Positions 11,701 to 26,700 of a stretch of 64,000 nt of DNA are shown one piece after another. Position numbers and translations under genes: made by a program. The notes below the pieces were generated by a model. It was not told where the DNA came from. It made no database searches and saw only the letters and a program-made list of their open reading frames with translations. Origin of the DNA: the human T2T-CHM13v2.0 reference genome, Homo sapiens; assembly GCF_009914755.1 (NCBI RefSeq), contig NC_060927.1. One strand, written 5' to 3'. Each line of letters starts with the position of its first letter. Within the stretch, counting starts at the first letter, position 1.

Positions 11701-14700
11701 AAATCCCGTTTCCAACGAAAGCCTCAAAGAGGTCCAAATATCCAGTTGCAGAATTTACAAACTGACTGTTTCCAAACTCATCTATGAAAAGAAAGGTTAA
11801 ACTCTGTGAGTTGAATGCACATATCACAAAGTAGTTCCTGAGAATGATTCTGTCTAGTTTTTATACGAAGATATTTCCTTTTCCACCAATGGCCTCAAAG
11901 TGCTTGAAATCTCCCCTTGCAAATTCCACAGACAAGTGTTTCAAATCTGCACTGTCTAAAGGAAGGTTCAACCCTGTGAGTTGAATACACACACACAGAA
12001 ACAAATTCACTGAGAATTCTATTGTCTATCATTACACGAAGAAATCCCGTTTACTACGAAGGCCTCAAAGAGGTCCAAATATCCAGCTGCAGACATTACA
12101 AACTGAGTGTTTCCAAAGTGCTCTATGAAAAGAAGTGTTAAACACTGTGAGTTCAATGCACACATCCCAAAGCAGTTTCTGAGAATGATTCCGTCTATTT
12201 TTTCTACGAAGATATTTCCTTTTCTGCCGTTGGCCTCAAAGCGCTTGAAATCTCCACTTGCAAATTCCACAAAAAGAGAGTTTCAAATCTGCTCTGTCTA
12301 AAGGAAGGTTCAACTCTGTGAGTTGAATACACACCACAAAAAGAAGTTACTGAGAATTCTTCTGTCTAGCATTATATGAAAAATCCCGTTTCCAACGAAG
12401 GCCACAAAGAGGTCCAAATATCCACTTGCAGATTCTGCAAAAAGAGTGTTTCCAAACTGCTCTATGAAAAGAAACGTTAAACTCTGTGAGTTGAACGCAA
12501 ACATCACAAAGTAGTTTCTGAGAATGACTCCGTCTAGTTTTTATACGAAGATATTTCCTTTCCTACCATTCACTTCAAAGCGCTTGAAGTCTCCCCCTGA
12601 AAATTCCACAAAAAGTGTTTCCAATCTGCTCCGCCTAAAGGAAGCTTCAACTCTGTGAGTTGAATACCCACAACCCAAAGAAGTTACTGAGAATTCTTCT
12701 GTCTAGCAGTATATGAAGAAATCCCGTTTCCAACGAAGGCCTCAAATACATCCAAATATCCAGTTGCTGACTTTACAAACTGAGTGTTTCCAAACTGCTC
12801 TATGAAAAGAAAGGTTAAACACTGTGAGTTGAACACACACGTACCAAAGTAGTTTCTGAGAATGATTCTGTCTAGTTTGCATACGAAGATATTTCCTTTT
12901 CTACCAGTGGCCTCAAAGCTCTGAAATCTCCACTTGCAAATTCCACAAAAAGAGAGTTTCAAATCTGCTGTTTCTAAAGGAAAGTTCAACTCTGAGAGTT
13001 GAATACACACCAGAAAAAGCAGTTACTGAGAAGTCTTCTGTCTAGCATTATATGAAGAAATCCCATTTCCAACGAAGACTTCAAAGAGGTCCAAATATCC
13101 ACTTGCAGATTCTGCAAAAAGAGTGTTTCGAAACAACTGTATGAAAAGAAAGGTTAAACACTGTGAGTTGAACGCACACATTGCAAAGCAGTTTCTGAGA
13201 ATGATTCCGTCTAATTATTATACGAAGGTATTTCCTTTTCTATCATTGGCCTCAAAGCGCTTGATACCTCCACCTGAAAATTCCACAAAAAGAGTGTTTC
13301 CAATCTACTCTGTCTAAAGGAACGTTCAACTCTGTGAGTTGAATACACACACACAGAAAGAATTCACTGAGAATTCTTCTGTCTGGCATTACATGAAGAA
13401 ATCCCGTTTCCAACGAAGGCCTCAAAGAGGTCCAAATATCCACTTGCAGATTCTGCAAAAAGAGTGTTTCAAAACCGCTCCATTAAAAGGAATGTTGAAC
13501 TCTGTGAGTTGAATGCAAACATCACAACTCAGTTGCTGAGAATGCTTCTGACTAGATTTTATGGTAAGATATTTCCTTTTCTACCGTAGGCTTCAATGCC
13601 CTCTAAATACACCCTTGCAAATTCTACAAAGAGACTGTTTCATAACTGCTCTATAGGAAGAAAGGTTCAACTCTGTGAGTTGAATGCAGAGATCACAACG
13701 TGGTTTCTGCGAATGATTCTTTGTAGTTTTTACATGAAGATATTTCGTTGTCAACCGTAGGCTTCAAAGCACTCAAAGTATTCACTTGGAACTTTTACAA
13801 AAAGAGTGTTAGAAAACTGCTCTTTCCAAAGTAAGGTTCAACTCTGTGAGTTGAATGCACACATAACAATCAAGAAGTTTCTGAGAATTCTTCTGTCCTG
13901 GTTTATATGAAAAAATCCCGTTTCCAACGAAGGCCTCAAAGACGTTTAAATATCCACTTGCAGACTTCACAAACAGAGTGTTTCCAAACTGCTCTATGAA
14001 AAGAAAGGTTAAACTCTGTGAGTTGAACGCACACATCACAAAGTAGTTTCTGAGAATGATACTGTCTAGTTTTTATACGAAGATATTTCCTTTCTACCAT
14101 TGGCGTCAAAGCGCTAGAATTCTCCACTTGCAAATTCCACAAAAAGAGTGTTTCCAATCTGCTCTGTCTAAAGGAAGGTTCAACTCTGTGAGTTGAATAC
14201 ACACACACAAAGAAGCTACTGAGAATTCTTTTGTCAAGAATTATAAGAAGAAATCCCGTTTCCAACGAAGGCCTCAAAGAGTTCCAAATATCCACTTGCA
14301 CACTGCACAAACTAAGTCTTTCCAAACTGCTCTATGCAAAGAAATGTTCAACTCTGTGAGTTTAATACACACATCACAAAGCAGTTTCTGAGAATGATAC
14401 TGTCTAGTTTTTATACGAAGATATTTCCTTTTGTACCATTGGCCTCATACTGCTAGAATTTTCCACTTGCAAATTCCACAAAAAGAGTGTTTCCAATCCG
14501 CTCTGTCTAAAGGAAGGTTCAACTCTCTGATTTGAATACACACATCCCAAAAGAAGTTACTGAGAATTCTTCTGTCTAGCATTATGTGAAGAAATCCCGT
14601 TTCCAACGAAAGCCTCAAAGAGGTCCAAATATCCAGTTGCAGAATTTACAAACTGACTGTTTCCAAACTCATCTATGAAAAGAAAGGTTAAACTCTGTGA

Positions 14701-17700
14701 GTTGAATGCACATATCACAAAGTAGTTCCTGAGAATGATTCTGTCTAGTTTTTATACGAAGATATTTCCTTTTCCACCAATGGCCTCAAAGTGCTTGAAA
14801 TCTCCCCTTGCAAATTCCACAGACAAGTGTTTCAAATCTGCACTGTCTAAAGGAAGGTTCAACCCTGTGAGTTGAATACACACACACAGAAACAAATTCA
14901 CTGAGAATTCTATTGTCTATCATTACACGAAGAAATCCCGTTTACTACGAAGGCCTCAAAGAGGTCCAAATATCCAGCTGCAGACATTACAAACTGAGTG
15001 TTTCCAAAGTGCTCTATGAAAAGAAGTGTTAAACACTGTGAGTTCAATGCACACATCCCAAAGCAGTTTCTGAGAATGATTCCGTCTATTTTTTCTACGA
15101 AGATATTTCCTTTTCTACCGTTGGCCTCAAAGCGCTTGAAATCTCCACTTGCAAATTCCACAAAAAGAGAGTTTCAAATCTGCTCTGTCTAAAGGAAGGT
15201 TCAACTCTGTGAGTTGAATACACACCACAAAAAGAAGTTACTGAGAATTCTTCTGTCTAGCATTATATGAAAAATCCCGTTTCCAACGAAGGCCACAAAG
15301 AGGTCCAAATATCCACTTGCAGATTCTGCAAAAAGAGTGTTTCCAAACTGCTCTATGAAAAGAAACGTTAAACTCTGTGAGTTGAACGCAAACATCACAA
15401 AGTAGTTTCTGAGAATGACTCCGTCTAGTTTTTATACGAAGATATTTCCTTTTCTACCATTCACTTCAAAGCGCTTGAAGTCTCCCCCTGAAAATTCCAC
15501 AAAAAGTGTTTCCAATCTGCTCCGCCTAAAGGAAGCTTCAACTCTGTGAGTTGAATACCCACAACCCAAAGAAGTTACTGAGAATTCTTCTGTCTAGCAG
15601 TATATGAAGAAATCCCGTTTCCAACGAAGGCCTCAAATACATCCAAATATCCAGTTGCTGACTTTACAAACTGAGTGTTTCCAAACTGCTCTATGAAAAG
15701 AAAGGTTAAACACTGTGAGTTGAACACACACGTACCAAAGTAGTTTCTGAGAATGATTCTGTCTAGTTTGCATACGAAGATATTTCCTTTTCTACCAGTG
15801 GCCTCAAAGCTCTGAAATCTCCACTTGCAAATTCCACAAAAAGAGAGTTTCAAATCTGCTGTTTCTAAAGGAAAGTTCAACTCTGAGAGTTGAATACACA
15901 CCAGAAAAAGCAGTTACTGAGAAGTCTTCTGTCTAGCATTATATGAAGAAATCCCATTTCCAACGAAGACTTCAAAGAGGTCCAAATATCCACTTGCAGA
16001 TTCTGCAAAAAGAGTGTTTCGAAACAACTGTATGAAAAGAAAGGTTAAACACTGTGAGTTGAACGCACACATTGCAAAGCAGTTTCTGAGAATGATTCCG
16101 TCTAATTATTATACGAAGGTATTTCCTTTTCTATCATTGGCCTCAAAGCGCTTGATACCTCCACCTGAAAATTCCACAGAAAGAGTGTTTCCAATCTACT
16201 CTGTCTAAAGGAACGTTCAACTCTGTGAGTTGAATACACACACACAGAAAGAATTCACTGAGAATTCTTCTGTCTGGCATTACATGAAGAAATCCCGTTT
16301 CCAACGAAGGCCTCAAAGAGGTCCAAATATCCACTTGCAGATTCTGCAAAAAGAGTGTTTCAAAACCGCTCCATTAAAAGGAATGTTGAACTCTGTGAGT
16401 TGAATGCAAACATCACAACTCAGTTGCTGAGAATGCTTCTGACTAGATTTTATGGTAAGATATTTCCTTTTCTACCGTAGGCTTCAATGCCCTCTAAATA
16501 CACCCTTGCAAATTCTACAAAGAGACTGTTTCATAACTGCTCTATAGGAAGAAAGGTTCAACTCTGTGAGTTGAATGCAGAGATCACAACGTGGTTTCTG
16601 CGAATGATTCTTTGTAGTTTTTACATGAAGATATTTCGTTGTCAACCGTAGGCTTCAAAGCACTCAAAGTATTCACTTGGAACTTTTACAAAAAGAGTGT
16701 TAGAAAACTGCTCTTTCCAAAGTAAGGTTCAACTCTGTGAGTTGAATGCACACATAACAATCAAGAAGTTTCTGAGAATTCTTCTGTCCTGGTTTATATG
16801 AACAAATCCCGTTTCCAACGAAGGCCTCAAAGACGTTTAAATATCCACTTGCAGACTTCACAAACAGAGTGTTTCCAAACTGCTCTATGAAAAGAAAGGT
16901 TAAACTCTGTGAGTTGAACGCACACATCACAAAGTAGTTTCTGAGAATGATACTGTCTAGTTTTTATACGAAGATATTTCCTTTCTACCATTGGCGTCAA
17001 AGCGCTAGAATTCTCCACTTGCAAATTCCACAAAAAGAGTGTTTCCAATCTGCTCTGTCTAAAGGAAGGTTCAACTCTGTGAGTTGAATACACACACACA
17101 AAGAAGCTACTGAGAATTCTTTTGTCAAGAATTATAAGAAGAAATCCCGTTTCCAACGAAGGCCTCAAAGAGTTCCAAATATCCACTTGCACACTGCACA
17201 AACTAAGTCTTTCCAAACTGCTCTATGCAAAGAAATGTTCAACTCTGTGAGTTTAATACACACATCACAAAGCAGTTTCTGAGAATGATACTGTCTAGTT
17301 TTTATACGAAGATATTTCCTTTTGTACCATTGGCCTCATACTGCTAGAATTTTCCACTTGCAAATTCCACAAAAAGAGTGTTTCCAATCCGCTCTGTCTA
17401 AAGGAAGGTTCAACTCTCTGATTTGAATACATACATCCCAAAAGAAGTTACTGAGAATTCTTCTGTCTAGCATTATGTGAAGAAATCCCGTTTCCAACGA
17501 AAGCCTCAAAGAGGTCCAAATATCCAGTTGCAGAATTTACAAACTGACTGTTTCCAAACTCATCTATGAAAAGAAAGGTTAAACTCTGTGAGTTGAATGC
17601 ACATATCACAAAGTAGTTCCTGAGAATGATTCTGTCTAGTTTTTATACGAAGATATTTCCTTTTCCACCAATGGCCTCAAAGTGCTTGAAATCTCCCCTT

Positions 17701-20700
17701 GCAAATTCCACAGACAAGTGTTTCAAATCTGCACTGTCTAAAGGAAGGTTCAACCCTGTGAGTTGAATACACACACACAGAAACAAATTCACTGAGAATT
17801 CTATTGTCTATCATTACACGAAGAAATCCCGTTTACTACGAAGGCCTCAAAGAGGTCCAAATATCCAGCTGCAGACATTACAAACTGAGTGTTTCCAAAG
17901 TGCTCTATGAAAAGAAGTGTTAAACACTGTGAGTTCAATGCACATATCCCAAAGCAGTTTCTGAGAATGATTCCGTCTATTTTTTCTACGAAGATATTTC
18001 CTTTTCTGCCGTTGGCCTCAAAGCACTTGAAATCTCCACTTGCAAATTCCACAAAAAGAGAGTTTCAAATCTGCTCTGTCTAAAGGAAGGTTCAACTCTG
18101 TGAGTTGAATACACACCACAAAAAGAAGTTACTGAGAATTCTTCTGTCTAGCATTATATGAAAAATCCCGTTTCCAACGAAGGCCACAAAGAGGTCCAAA
18201 TATCCACTTGCAGATTCTGCAAAAAGAGTGTTTCCAAACTGCTCTATGAAAAGAAACGTTAAACTCTGTGAGTTGAACGCAAACATCACAAAGTAGTTTC
18301 TGAGAATGACTCCGTCTAGTTTTTATACGAAGATATTTCCTTTTCTACCATTCACTTCAAAGCGCTTGAAGTCTCCCCCTGAAAATTCCACAAAAAGTGT
18401 TTCCAATCTGCTCCGCCTAAAGGAAGCTTCAACTCTGTGAGTTGAATACCCACAACCCAAAGAAGTTACTGAGAATTCTTCTGTCTAGCAGTATATGAAG
18501 AAATCCCGTTTCCAACGAAGGCCTCAAATACATCCAAATATCCAGTTGCTGACTTTACAAACTGAGTGTTTCCAAACTGCTCTATGAAAAGAAAGGTTAA
18601 ACACTGTGAGTTGAACACACACGTACCAAAGTAGTTTCTGAGAATGATTCTGTCTAGTTTGCATACGAAGATATTTCCTTTTCTACCAGTGGCCTCAAAG
18701 CTCTGAAATCTCCACTTGCAAATTCCACAAAAAGAGAGTTTCAAATCTGCTGTTTCTAAAGGAAAGTTCAACTCTGAGAGTTGAATACACACCAGAAAAA
18801 GCAGTTACTGAGAAGTCTTCTGTCTAGCATTATATGAAGAAATCCCATTTCCAACGAAGACTTCAAAGAGGTCCAAATATCCACTTGCAGATTCTGCAAA
18901 AAGAGTGTTTCGAAACAACTGTATGAAAAGAAAGGTTAAACACTGTGAGTTGAACGCACACATTGCAAAGCAGTTTCTGAGAATGATTCCGTCTAATTAT
19001 TATACGAAGGTATTTCCTTTTCTATCATTGGCCTCAAAGCGCTTGATACCTCCACCTGAAAATTCCACAAAAAGAGTGTTTCCAATCTACTCTGTCTAAA
19101 GGAACGTTCAACTCTGTGAGTTGAATACACACACACAGAAAGAATTCACTGAGAATTCTTCTGTCTGGCATTACATGAAGAAATCCCGTTTCCAACGAAG
19201 GCCTCAAAGAGGTCCAAATATCCACTTGCAGATTCTGCAAAAAGAGTGTTTCAAAACCGCTCCATTAAAAGGAATGTTGAACTCTGTGAGTTGAATGCAA
19301 ACATCACAACTCAGTTGCTGAGAATGCTTCTGACTAGATTTTATGGTAAGATATTTCCTTTTCTACCGTAGGCTTCAATGCCCTCTAAATACACCCTTGC
19401 AAATTCTACAAAGAGACTGTTTCATAACTGCTCTATAGGAAGAAAGGTTCAACTCTGTGAGTTGAATGCAGAGATCACAACGTGGTTTCTGCGAATGATT
19501 CTTTGTAGTTTTTACATGAAGATATTTCGTTGTCAACCGTAGGCTTCAAAGCACTCAAAGTATTCACTTGGAACTTTTACAAAAAGAGTGTTAGAAAACT
19601 GCTCTTTCCAAAGTAAGGTTCAACTCTGTGAGTTGAATGCACACATAACAATCAAGAAGTTTCTGAGAATTCTTCTGTCCTGGTTTATATGAAAAAATCC
19701 CGTTTCCAACGAAGGCCTCAAAGACGTTTAAATATCCACTTGCAGACTTCACAAACAGAGTGTTTCCAAACTGCTCTATGAAAAGAAAGGTTAAACTCTG
19801 TGAGTTGAACGCACACATCACAAAGTAGTTTCTGAGAATGATACTGTCTAGTTTTTATACGAAGATATTTCCTTTCTACCATTGGCGTCAAAGCGCTAGA
19901 ATTCTCCACTTGCAAATTCCACAAAAAGAGTGTTTCCAATCTGCTCTGTCTAAAGGAAGGTTCAACTCTGTGAGTTGAATACACACACACAAAGAAGCTA
20001 CTGAGAATTCTTTTGTCAAGAATTATAAGAAGAAATCCCGTTTCCAACGAAGGCCTCAAAGAGTTCCAAATATCCACTTGCACACTGCACAAACTAAGTC
20101 TTTCCAAACTGCTCTATGCAAAGAAATGTTCAACTCTGTGAGTTTAATACACACATCACAAAGCAGTTTCTGAGAATGATACTGTCTAGTTTTCATACGA
20201 AGATATTTCCTTTTGTACCATTGGCCTCATACTGCTAGAATTTTCCACTTGCAAATTCCACAAAAATAGTGTTTCCAATCCGCTCTGTCTAAAGGAAGGT
20301 TCAACTCTCTGATTTGAATACATACATCCCAAAAGAAGTTACTGAGAATTCTTCTGTCTAGCATTATGTGAAGAAATCCCGTTTCCAACGAAAGCCTCAA
20401 AGAGGTCCAAATATCCAGTTGCAGAATTTACAAACTGACTGTTTCCAAACTCATCTATGAAAAGAAAGGTTAAACTCTGTGAGTTGAATGCACATATCAC
20501 AAAGTAGTTCCTGAGAATGATTCTGTCTAGTTTTTATACGAAGATATTTCCTTTTCCACCAATGGCCTCAAAGTGCTTGAAATCTCCCCTTGCAAATTCC
20601 ACAGACAAGTGTTTCAAATCTGCACTGTCTAAAGGAAGGTTCAACCCTGTGAGTTGAATACACACACACAGAAACAAATTCACTGAGAATTCTATTGTCT

Positions 20701-23700
20701 ATCATTACACGAAGAAATCCCGTTTACTACGAAGGCCTCAAAGAGGTCCAAATATCCAGCTGCAGACATTACAAACTGAGTGTTTCCAAAGTGCTCTATG
20801 AAAAGAAGTGTTAAACACTGTGAGTTCAATGCACACATCCCAAAGCAGTTTCTGAGAATGATTCCGTCTATTTTTTCTACGAAGATATTTCCTTTTCTGC
20901 CGTTGGCCTCAAAGCACTTGAAATCTCCACTTGCAAATTCCACAAAAAGAGAGTTTCAAATCTGCTCTGTCTAAAGGAAGGTTCAACTCTGTGAGTTGAA
21001 TACACACCACAAAAAGAAGTTACTGAGAATTCTTCTGTCTAGCATTATATGAAAAATCCCGTTTCCAACGAAGGCCACAAAGAGGTCCAAATATCCACTT
21101 GCAGATTCTGCAAAAAGAGTGTTTCCAAACTGCTCTATGAAAAGAAACGTTAAACTCTGTGAGTTGAACGCAAACATCACAAAGTAGTTTCTGAGAATGA
21201 CTCCGTCTAGTTTTTATACGAAGATATTTCCTTTTCTACCGTTGGCCTCAAAGCGCTTGAAGTCTCCCCCTGAAAATTCCACAAAAAGTGTTTCCAATCT
21301 GCTCCGCCTAAAGGAAGCTTCAACTCTGTGAGTTGAATACCCACAACCCAAAGAAGTTACTGAGAATTCTTCTGTCTAGCAGTATATGAAGAAATCCCGT
21401 TTCCAACGAAGGCCTCAAATACATCCAAATATCCAGTTGCTGACTTTACAAACTGAGTGTTTCCAAACTGCTCTATGAAAAGAAAGGTTAAACACTGTGA
21501 GTTGAACACACACGTACCAAAGTAGTTTCTGAGAATGATTCTGTCTAGTTTGCATACGAAGATATTTCCTTTTCTACCAGTGGCCTCAACGCTCTGAAAT
21601 CTCCACTTGCAAATTCCACAAAAAGAGAGTTTCAAATCTGCTGTTTCTAAAGGAAAGTTCAACTCTGAGAGTTGAATACACACCAGAAAAAGCAGTTACT
21701 GAGAAGTCTTCTGTCTAGCATTATATGAAGAAATCCCATTTCCAACGAAGACTTCAAAGAGGTCCAAATATCCACTTGCAGATTCTGCAAAAAGAGTGTT
21801 TCGAAACAACTGTATGAAAAGAAAGGTTAAACACTGTGAGTTGAACGCACACATTGCAAAGCAGTTTCTGAGAATGATTCCGTCTAATTATTATACGAAG
21901 GTATTTCCTTTTCTATCATTGGCCTCAAAGCGCTTGATACCTCCACCTGAAAATTCCACAAAAAGAGTGTTTCCAATCTACTCTGTCTAAAGGAACGTTC
22001 AACTCTGTGAGTTGAATACACACACACAGAAAGAATTCACTGAGAATTCTTCTGTCTGGCATTACATGAAGAAATCCCGTTTCCAACGAAGGCCTCAAAG
22101 AGGTCCAAATATCCACTTGCAGATTCTGCAAAAAGAGTGTTTCAAAACCGCTCCATTAAAAGGAATGTTGAACTCTGTGAGTTGAATGCAAACATCACAA
22201 CTCAGTTTCTGAGAATGCTTCTGACTAGATTTTATGGTAAGATATTTCCTTTTCTACCGTAGGCTTCAATGCCCTCTAAATACACCCTTGCAAATTCTAC
22301 AAAGAGACTGTTTCATAACTGCTCTATAGGAAGAAAGGTTCAACTCTGTGAGTTGAATGCAGAGATCACAACGTGGTTTCTGCGAATGATTCTTTGTAGT
22401 TTTTACATGAAGATATTTCGTTGTCAACCGTAGGCTTCAAAGCACTCAAAGTATTCACTTGGAACTTTTACAAAAAGAGTGTTAGAAAACTGCTCTTTCC
22501 AAAGTAAGGTTCAACTCTGTGAGTTGAATGCACAAATAACAATCAAGAAGTTTCTGAGAATTCTTCTGTCCTGGTTTATATGAACAAATCCCGTTTCCAA
22601 CGAAGGCCTCAAAGACGTTTAAATATCCACTTGCAGACTTCACAAACAGAGTGTTTCCAAACTGCTCTATGAAAAGAAAGGTTAAACTCTGTGAGTTGAA
22701 TGCACACATCACAAAGTAGTTTCTGAGAATGATACTGTCTAGTTTTTATACGAAGATATATCCTTTCTACCATTGGCGTCAAAGCGCTAGAATTCTCCAC
22801 TTGCAAATTCCACAAAAAGAGTGTTTCCAATCTGCTCTGTCTAAAGGAAGGTTCAACTCTGTGAGTTGAATACACACACACAAAGAAGCTACTGAGAATT
22901 CTTTTGTCAAGAATTATAAGAAGAAATCCCGTTTCCAAAGAAGGCCTCAAAGAGTTCCAAATATCCACTTGCACACTGCACAAACTAAGTCTTTCCAAAC
23001 TGCTCTATGCAAAGAAATGTTCAACTCTGTGAGTTTAATACACACATCACAAAGCAGTTTCTGAGAATGATACTGTCTAGTTTTTATACGAAGATATTTC
23101 CTTTTGTACCATTGGCCTCATACTGCTAGAATTTTCCACTTGCAAATTCCACAAAAAGAGTGTTTCCAATCCGCTCTGTCTAAAGGAAGGTTCAACTCTC
23201 TGATTTGAATACATACATCCCAAAAGAAGTTACTGAGAATTCTTCTGTCTAGCATTATGTGAAGAAATCCCGTTTCCAACGAAAGCCTCAAAGAGGTCCA
23301 AATATCCAGTTGCAGAATTTACAAACTGACTGTTTCCAAACTCATCTATGAAAAGAAAGGTTAAACTCTGTGAGTTGAATGCACATATCACAAAGTAGTT
23401 CCTGAGAATGATTCTGTCTAGTTTTTATACGAAGATATTTCCTTTTCCACCAATGGCCTCAAAGTGCTTGAAATCTCCCCTTGCAAATTCCACAGACAAG
23501 TGTTTCAAATCTGCACTGTCTAAAGGAAGGTTCAACCCTGTGAGTTGAATACACACACACAGAAACAAATTCACTGAGAATTCTATTGTCTATCATTACA
23601 CGAAGAAATCCCGTTTACTACGAAGGCCTCAAAGAGGTCCAAATATCCAGCTGCAGACATTACAAACTGAGTGTTTCCAAAGTGCTCTATGAAAAGAAGT

Positions 23701-26700
23701 GTTAAGCACTGTGAGTTCAATGCACACATCCCAAAGCAGTTTCTGAGAATGATTCCGTCTATTTTTTCTACGAAGATATTTCCTTTTCTACCGTTGGCCT
23801 CAAAGCGCTTGAAATCTCCACTTGCAAATTCCACAAAAAGAGAGTTTCAAATCTGCTCTGTCTAAAGGAAGGTTCAACTCTGTGAGTTGAATACACACCA
23901 CAAAAAGAAGTTACTGAGAATTCTTCTGTCTAGCATTATATGAAAAATCCCGTTTCCAACGAAGGCCACAAAGAGGTCCAAATATCCACTTGCAGATTCT
24001 GCAAAAAGAGTGTTTCCAAACTGCTCTATGAAAAGAAACGTTAAACTCTGTGAGTTGAACGCAAACATCACAAAGTAGTTTCTGAGAATGACTCCGTCTA
24101 GTTTTTATACGAAGATATTTCCTTTTCTACCATTCACTTCAAAGCGCTTGAAGTCTCCCCCTGAAAATTCCACAAAAAGTGTTTCCAATCTGCTCCGCCT
24201 AAAGGAAGCTTCAACTCTGTGAGTTGAATACCCACAACCCAAAGAAGTTACTGAGAATTCTTCTGTCTAGCAGTATATGAAGAAATCCCGTTTCCAACGA
24301 AGGCCTCAAATACATCCAAATATCCAGTTGCTGACTTTACAAACTGAGTGTTTCCAAACTGCTCTATGAAAAGAAAGGTTAAACACTGTGAGTTGAACAC
24401 ACACGTACCAAAGTAGTTTCTGAGAATGATTCTGTCTAGTTTGCATACGAAGATATTTCCTTTTCTACCAGTGGCCTCAAAGCTCTGAAATCTCCACTTG
24501 CAAATTCCACAAAAAGAGAGTTTCAAATCTGCTGTTTCTAAAGGAAAGTTCAACTCTGAGAGTTGAATACACACCAGAAAAAGCAGTTACTGAGAAGTCT
24601 TCTGTCTAGCATTATATGAAGAAATCCCATTTCCAACGAAGACTTCAAAGAGGTCCAAATATCCACTTGCAGATTCTGCAAAAAGAGTGTTTCGAAACAA
24701 CTGTATGAAAAGAAAGGTTAAACACTGTGAGTTGAACGCACACATTGCAAAGCAGTTTCTGAGAATGATTCCGTCTAATTATTATACGAAGGTATTTCCT
24801 TTTCTATCATTGGCCTCAAAGCGCTTGATACCTCCACCTGAAAATTCCACAAAAAGAGTGTTTCCAATCTACTCTGTCTAAAGGAACGTTCAACTCTGTG
24901 AGTTGAATACACACACACAGAAAGAATTCACTGAGAATTCTTCTGTCTGGCATTACATGAAGAAATCCCGTTTCCAACGAAGGCCTCAAAGAGGTCCAAA
25001 TATCCACTTGCAGATTCTGCAAAAAGAGTGTTTCAAAACCGCTCCATTAAAAGGAATGTTGAACTCTGTGAGTTGAATGCAAACATCACAACTCAGTTTC
25101 TGAGAATGCTTCTGACTAGATTTTATGGTAAGATATTTCCTTTTCTACCGTAGGCTTCAATGCCCTCTAAATACACCCTTGCAAATTCTACAAAGAGACT
25201 GTTTCATAACTGCTCTATAGGAAGAAAGGTTCAACTCTGTGAGTTGAATGCAGAGATCACAACGTGGTTTCTGCGAATGATTCTTTGTAGTTTTTACATG
25301 AAGATATTTCGTTGTCAACCGTAGGCTTCAAAGCACTCAAAGTATTCACTTGGAACTTTTACAAAAAGAGTGTTAGAAAACTGCTCTTTCCAAAGTAAGG
25401 TTCAACTCTGTGAGTTGAATGCACAAATAACAATCAAGAAGTTTCTGAGAATTCTTCTGTCCTGGTTTATATGAAAAAATCCCGTTTCCAACGAAGGCCT
25501 CAAAGACGTTTAAATATCCACTTGCAGACTTCACAAACAGATTGTTTCCAAACTGCTCTATGAAAAGAAAGGTTAAACTCTGTGAGTTGAATGCACACAT
25601 CACAAAGTAGTTTCTGAGAATGATACTGTCTAGTTTTTATACGAAGATATATCCTTTCTACCATTGGCGTCAAAGCGCTAGAATTCTCCACTTGCAAATT
25701 CCACAAAAAGAGTGTTTCCAATCTGCTCTGTCTAAAGGAAGGTTCAACTCTGTGAGTTGAATACACACACACAAAGAAGCTACTGAGAATTCTTTTGTCA
25801 AGAATTATAAGAAGAAATCCCGTTTCCAAAGAAGGCCTCAAAGAGTTCCAAATATCCACTTGCACACTGCACAAACTAAGTCTTTCCAAACTGCTCTATG
25901 CAAAGAAATGTTCAACTCTGTGAGTTTAATACACACATCACAAAGCAGTTTCTGAGAATGATACTGTCTAGTTTTTATACGAAGATATTTCCTTTTGTAC
26001 CATTGGCCTCATACTGCTAGAATTTTCCACTTGCAAATTCCACAAAAAGAGTGTTTCCAATCCGCTCTGTCTAAAGGAAGGTTCAACTCTCTGATTTGAA
26101 TACATACATCCCAAAAGAAGTTACTGAGAATTCTTCTGTCTAGCATTATGTGAAGAAATCCCGTTTCCAACGAAAGCCTCAAAGAGGTCCAAATATCCAG
26201 TTGCAGAATTTACAAACTGACTGTTTCCAAACTCATCTATGAAAAGAAAGGTTAAACTCTGTGAGTTGAATGCACATATCACAAAGTAGTTCCTGAGAAT
26301 GATTCTGTCTAGTTTTTATACGAAGATATTTCCTTTTCCACCAATGGCCTCAAAGTGCTTGAAATCTCCCCTTGCAAATTCCACAGACAAGTGTTTCAAA
26401 TCTGCACTGTCTAAAGGAAGGTTCAACCCTGTGAGTTGAATACACACACACAGAAACAAATTCACTGAGAATTCTATTGTCTATCATTACACGAAGAAAT
26501 CCCGTTTACTACGAAGGCCTCAAAGAGGTCCAAATATCCAGCTGCAGACATTACAAACTGAGTGTTTCCAAAGTGCTCTATGAAAAGAAGTGTTAAGCAC
26601 TGTGAGTTCAATGCACACATCCCAAAGCAGTTTCTGAGAATGATTCCGTCTATTTTTTCTACGAAGATATTTCCTTTTCTACCGTTGGCCTCAAAGCGCT

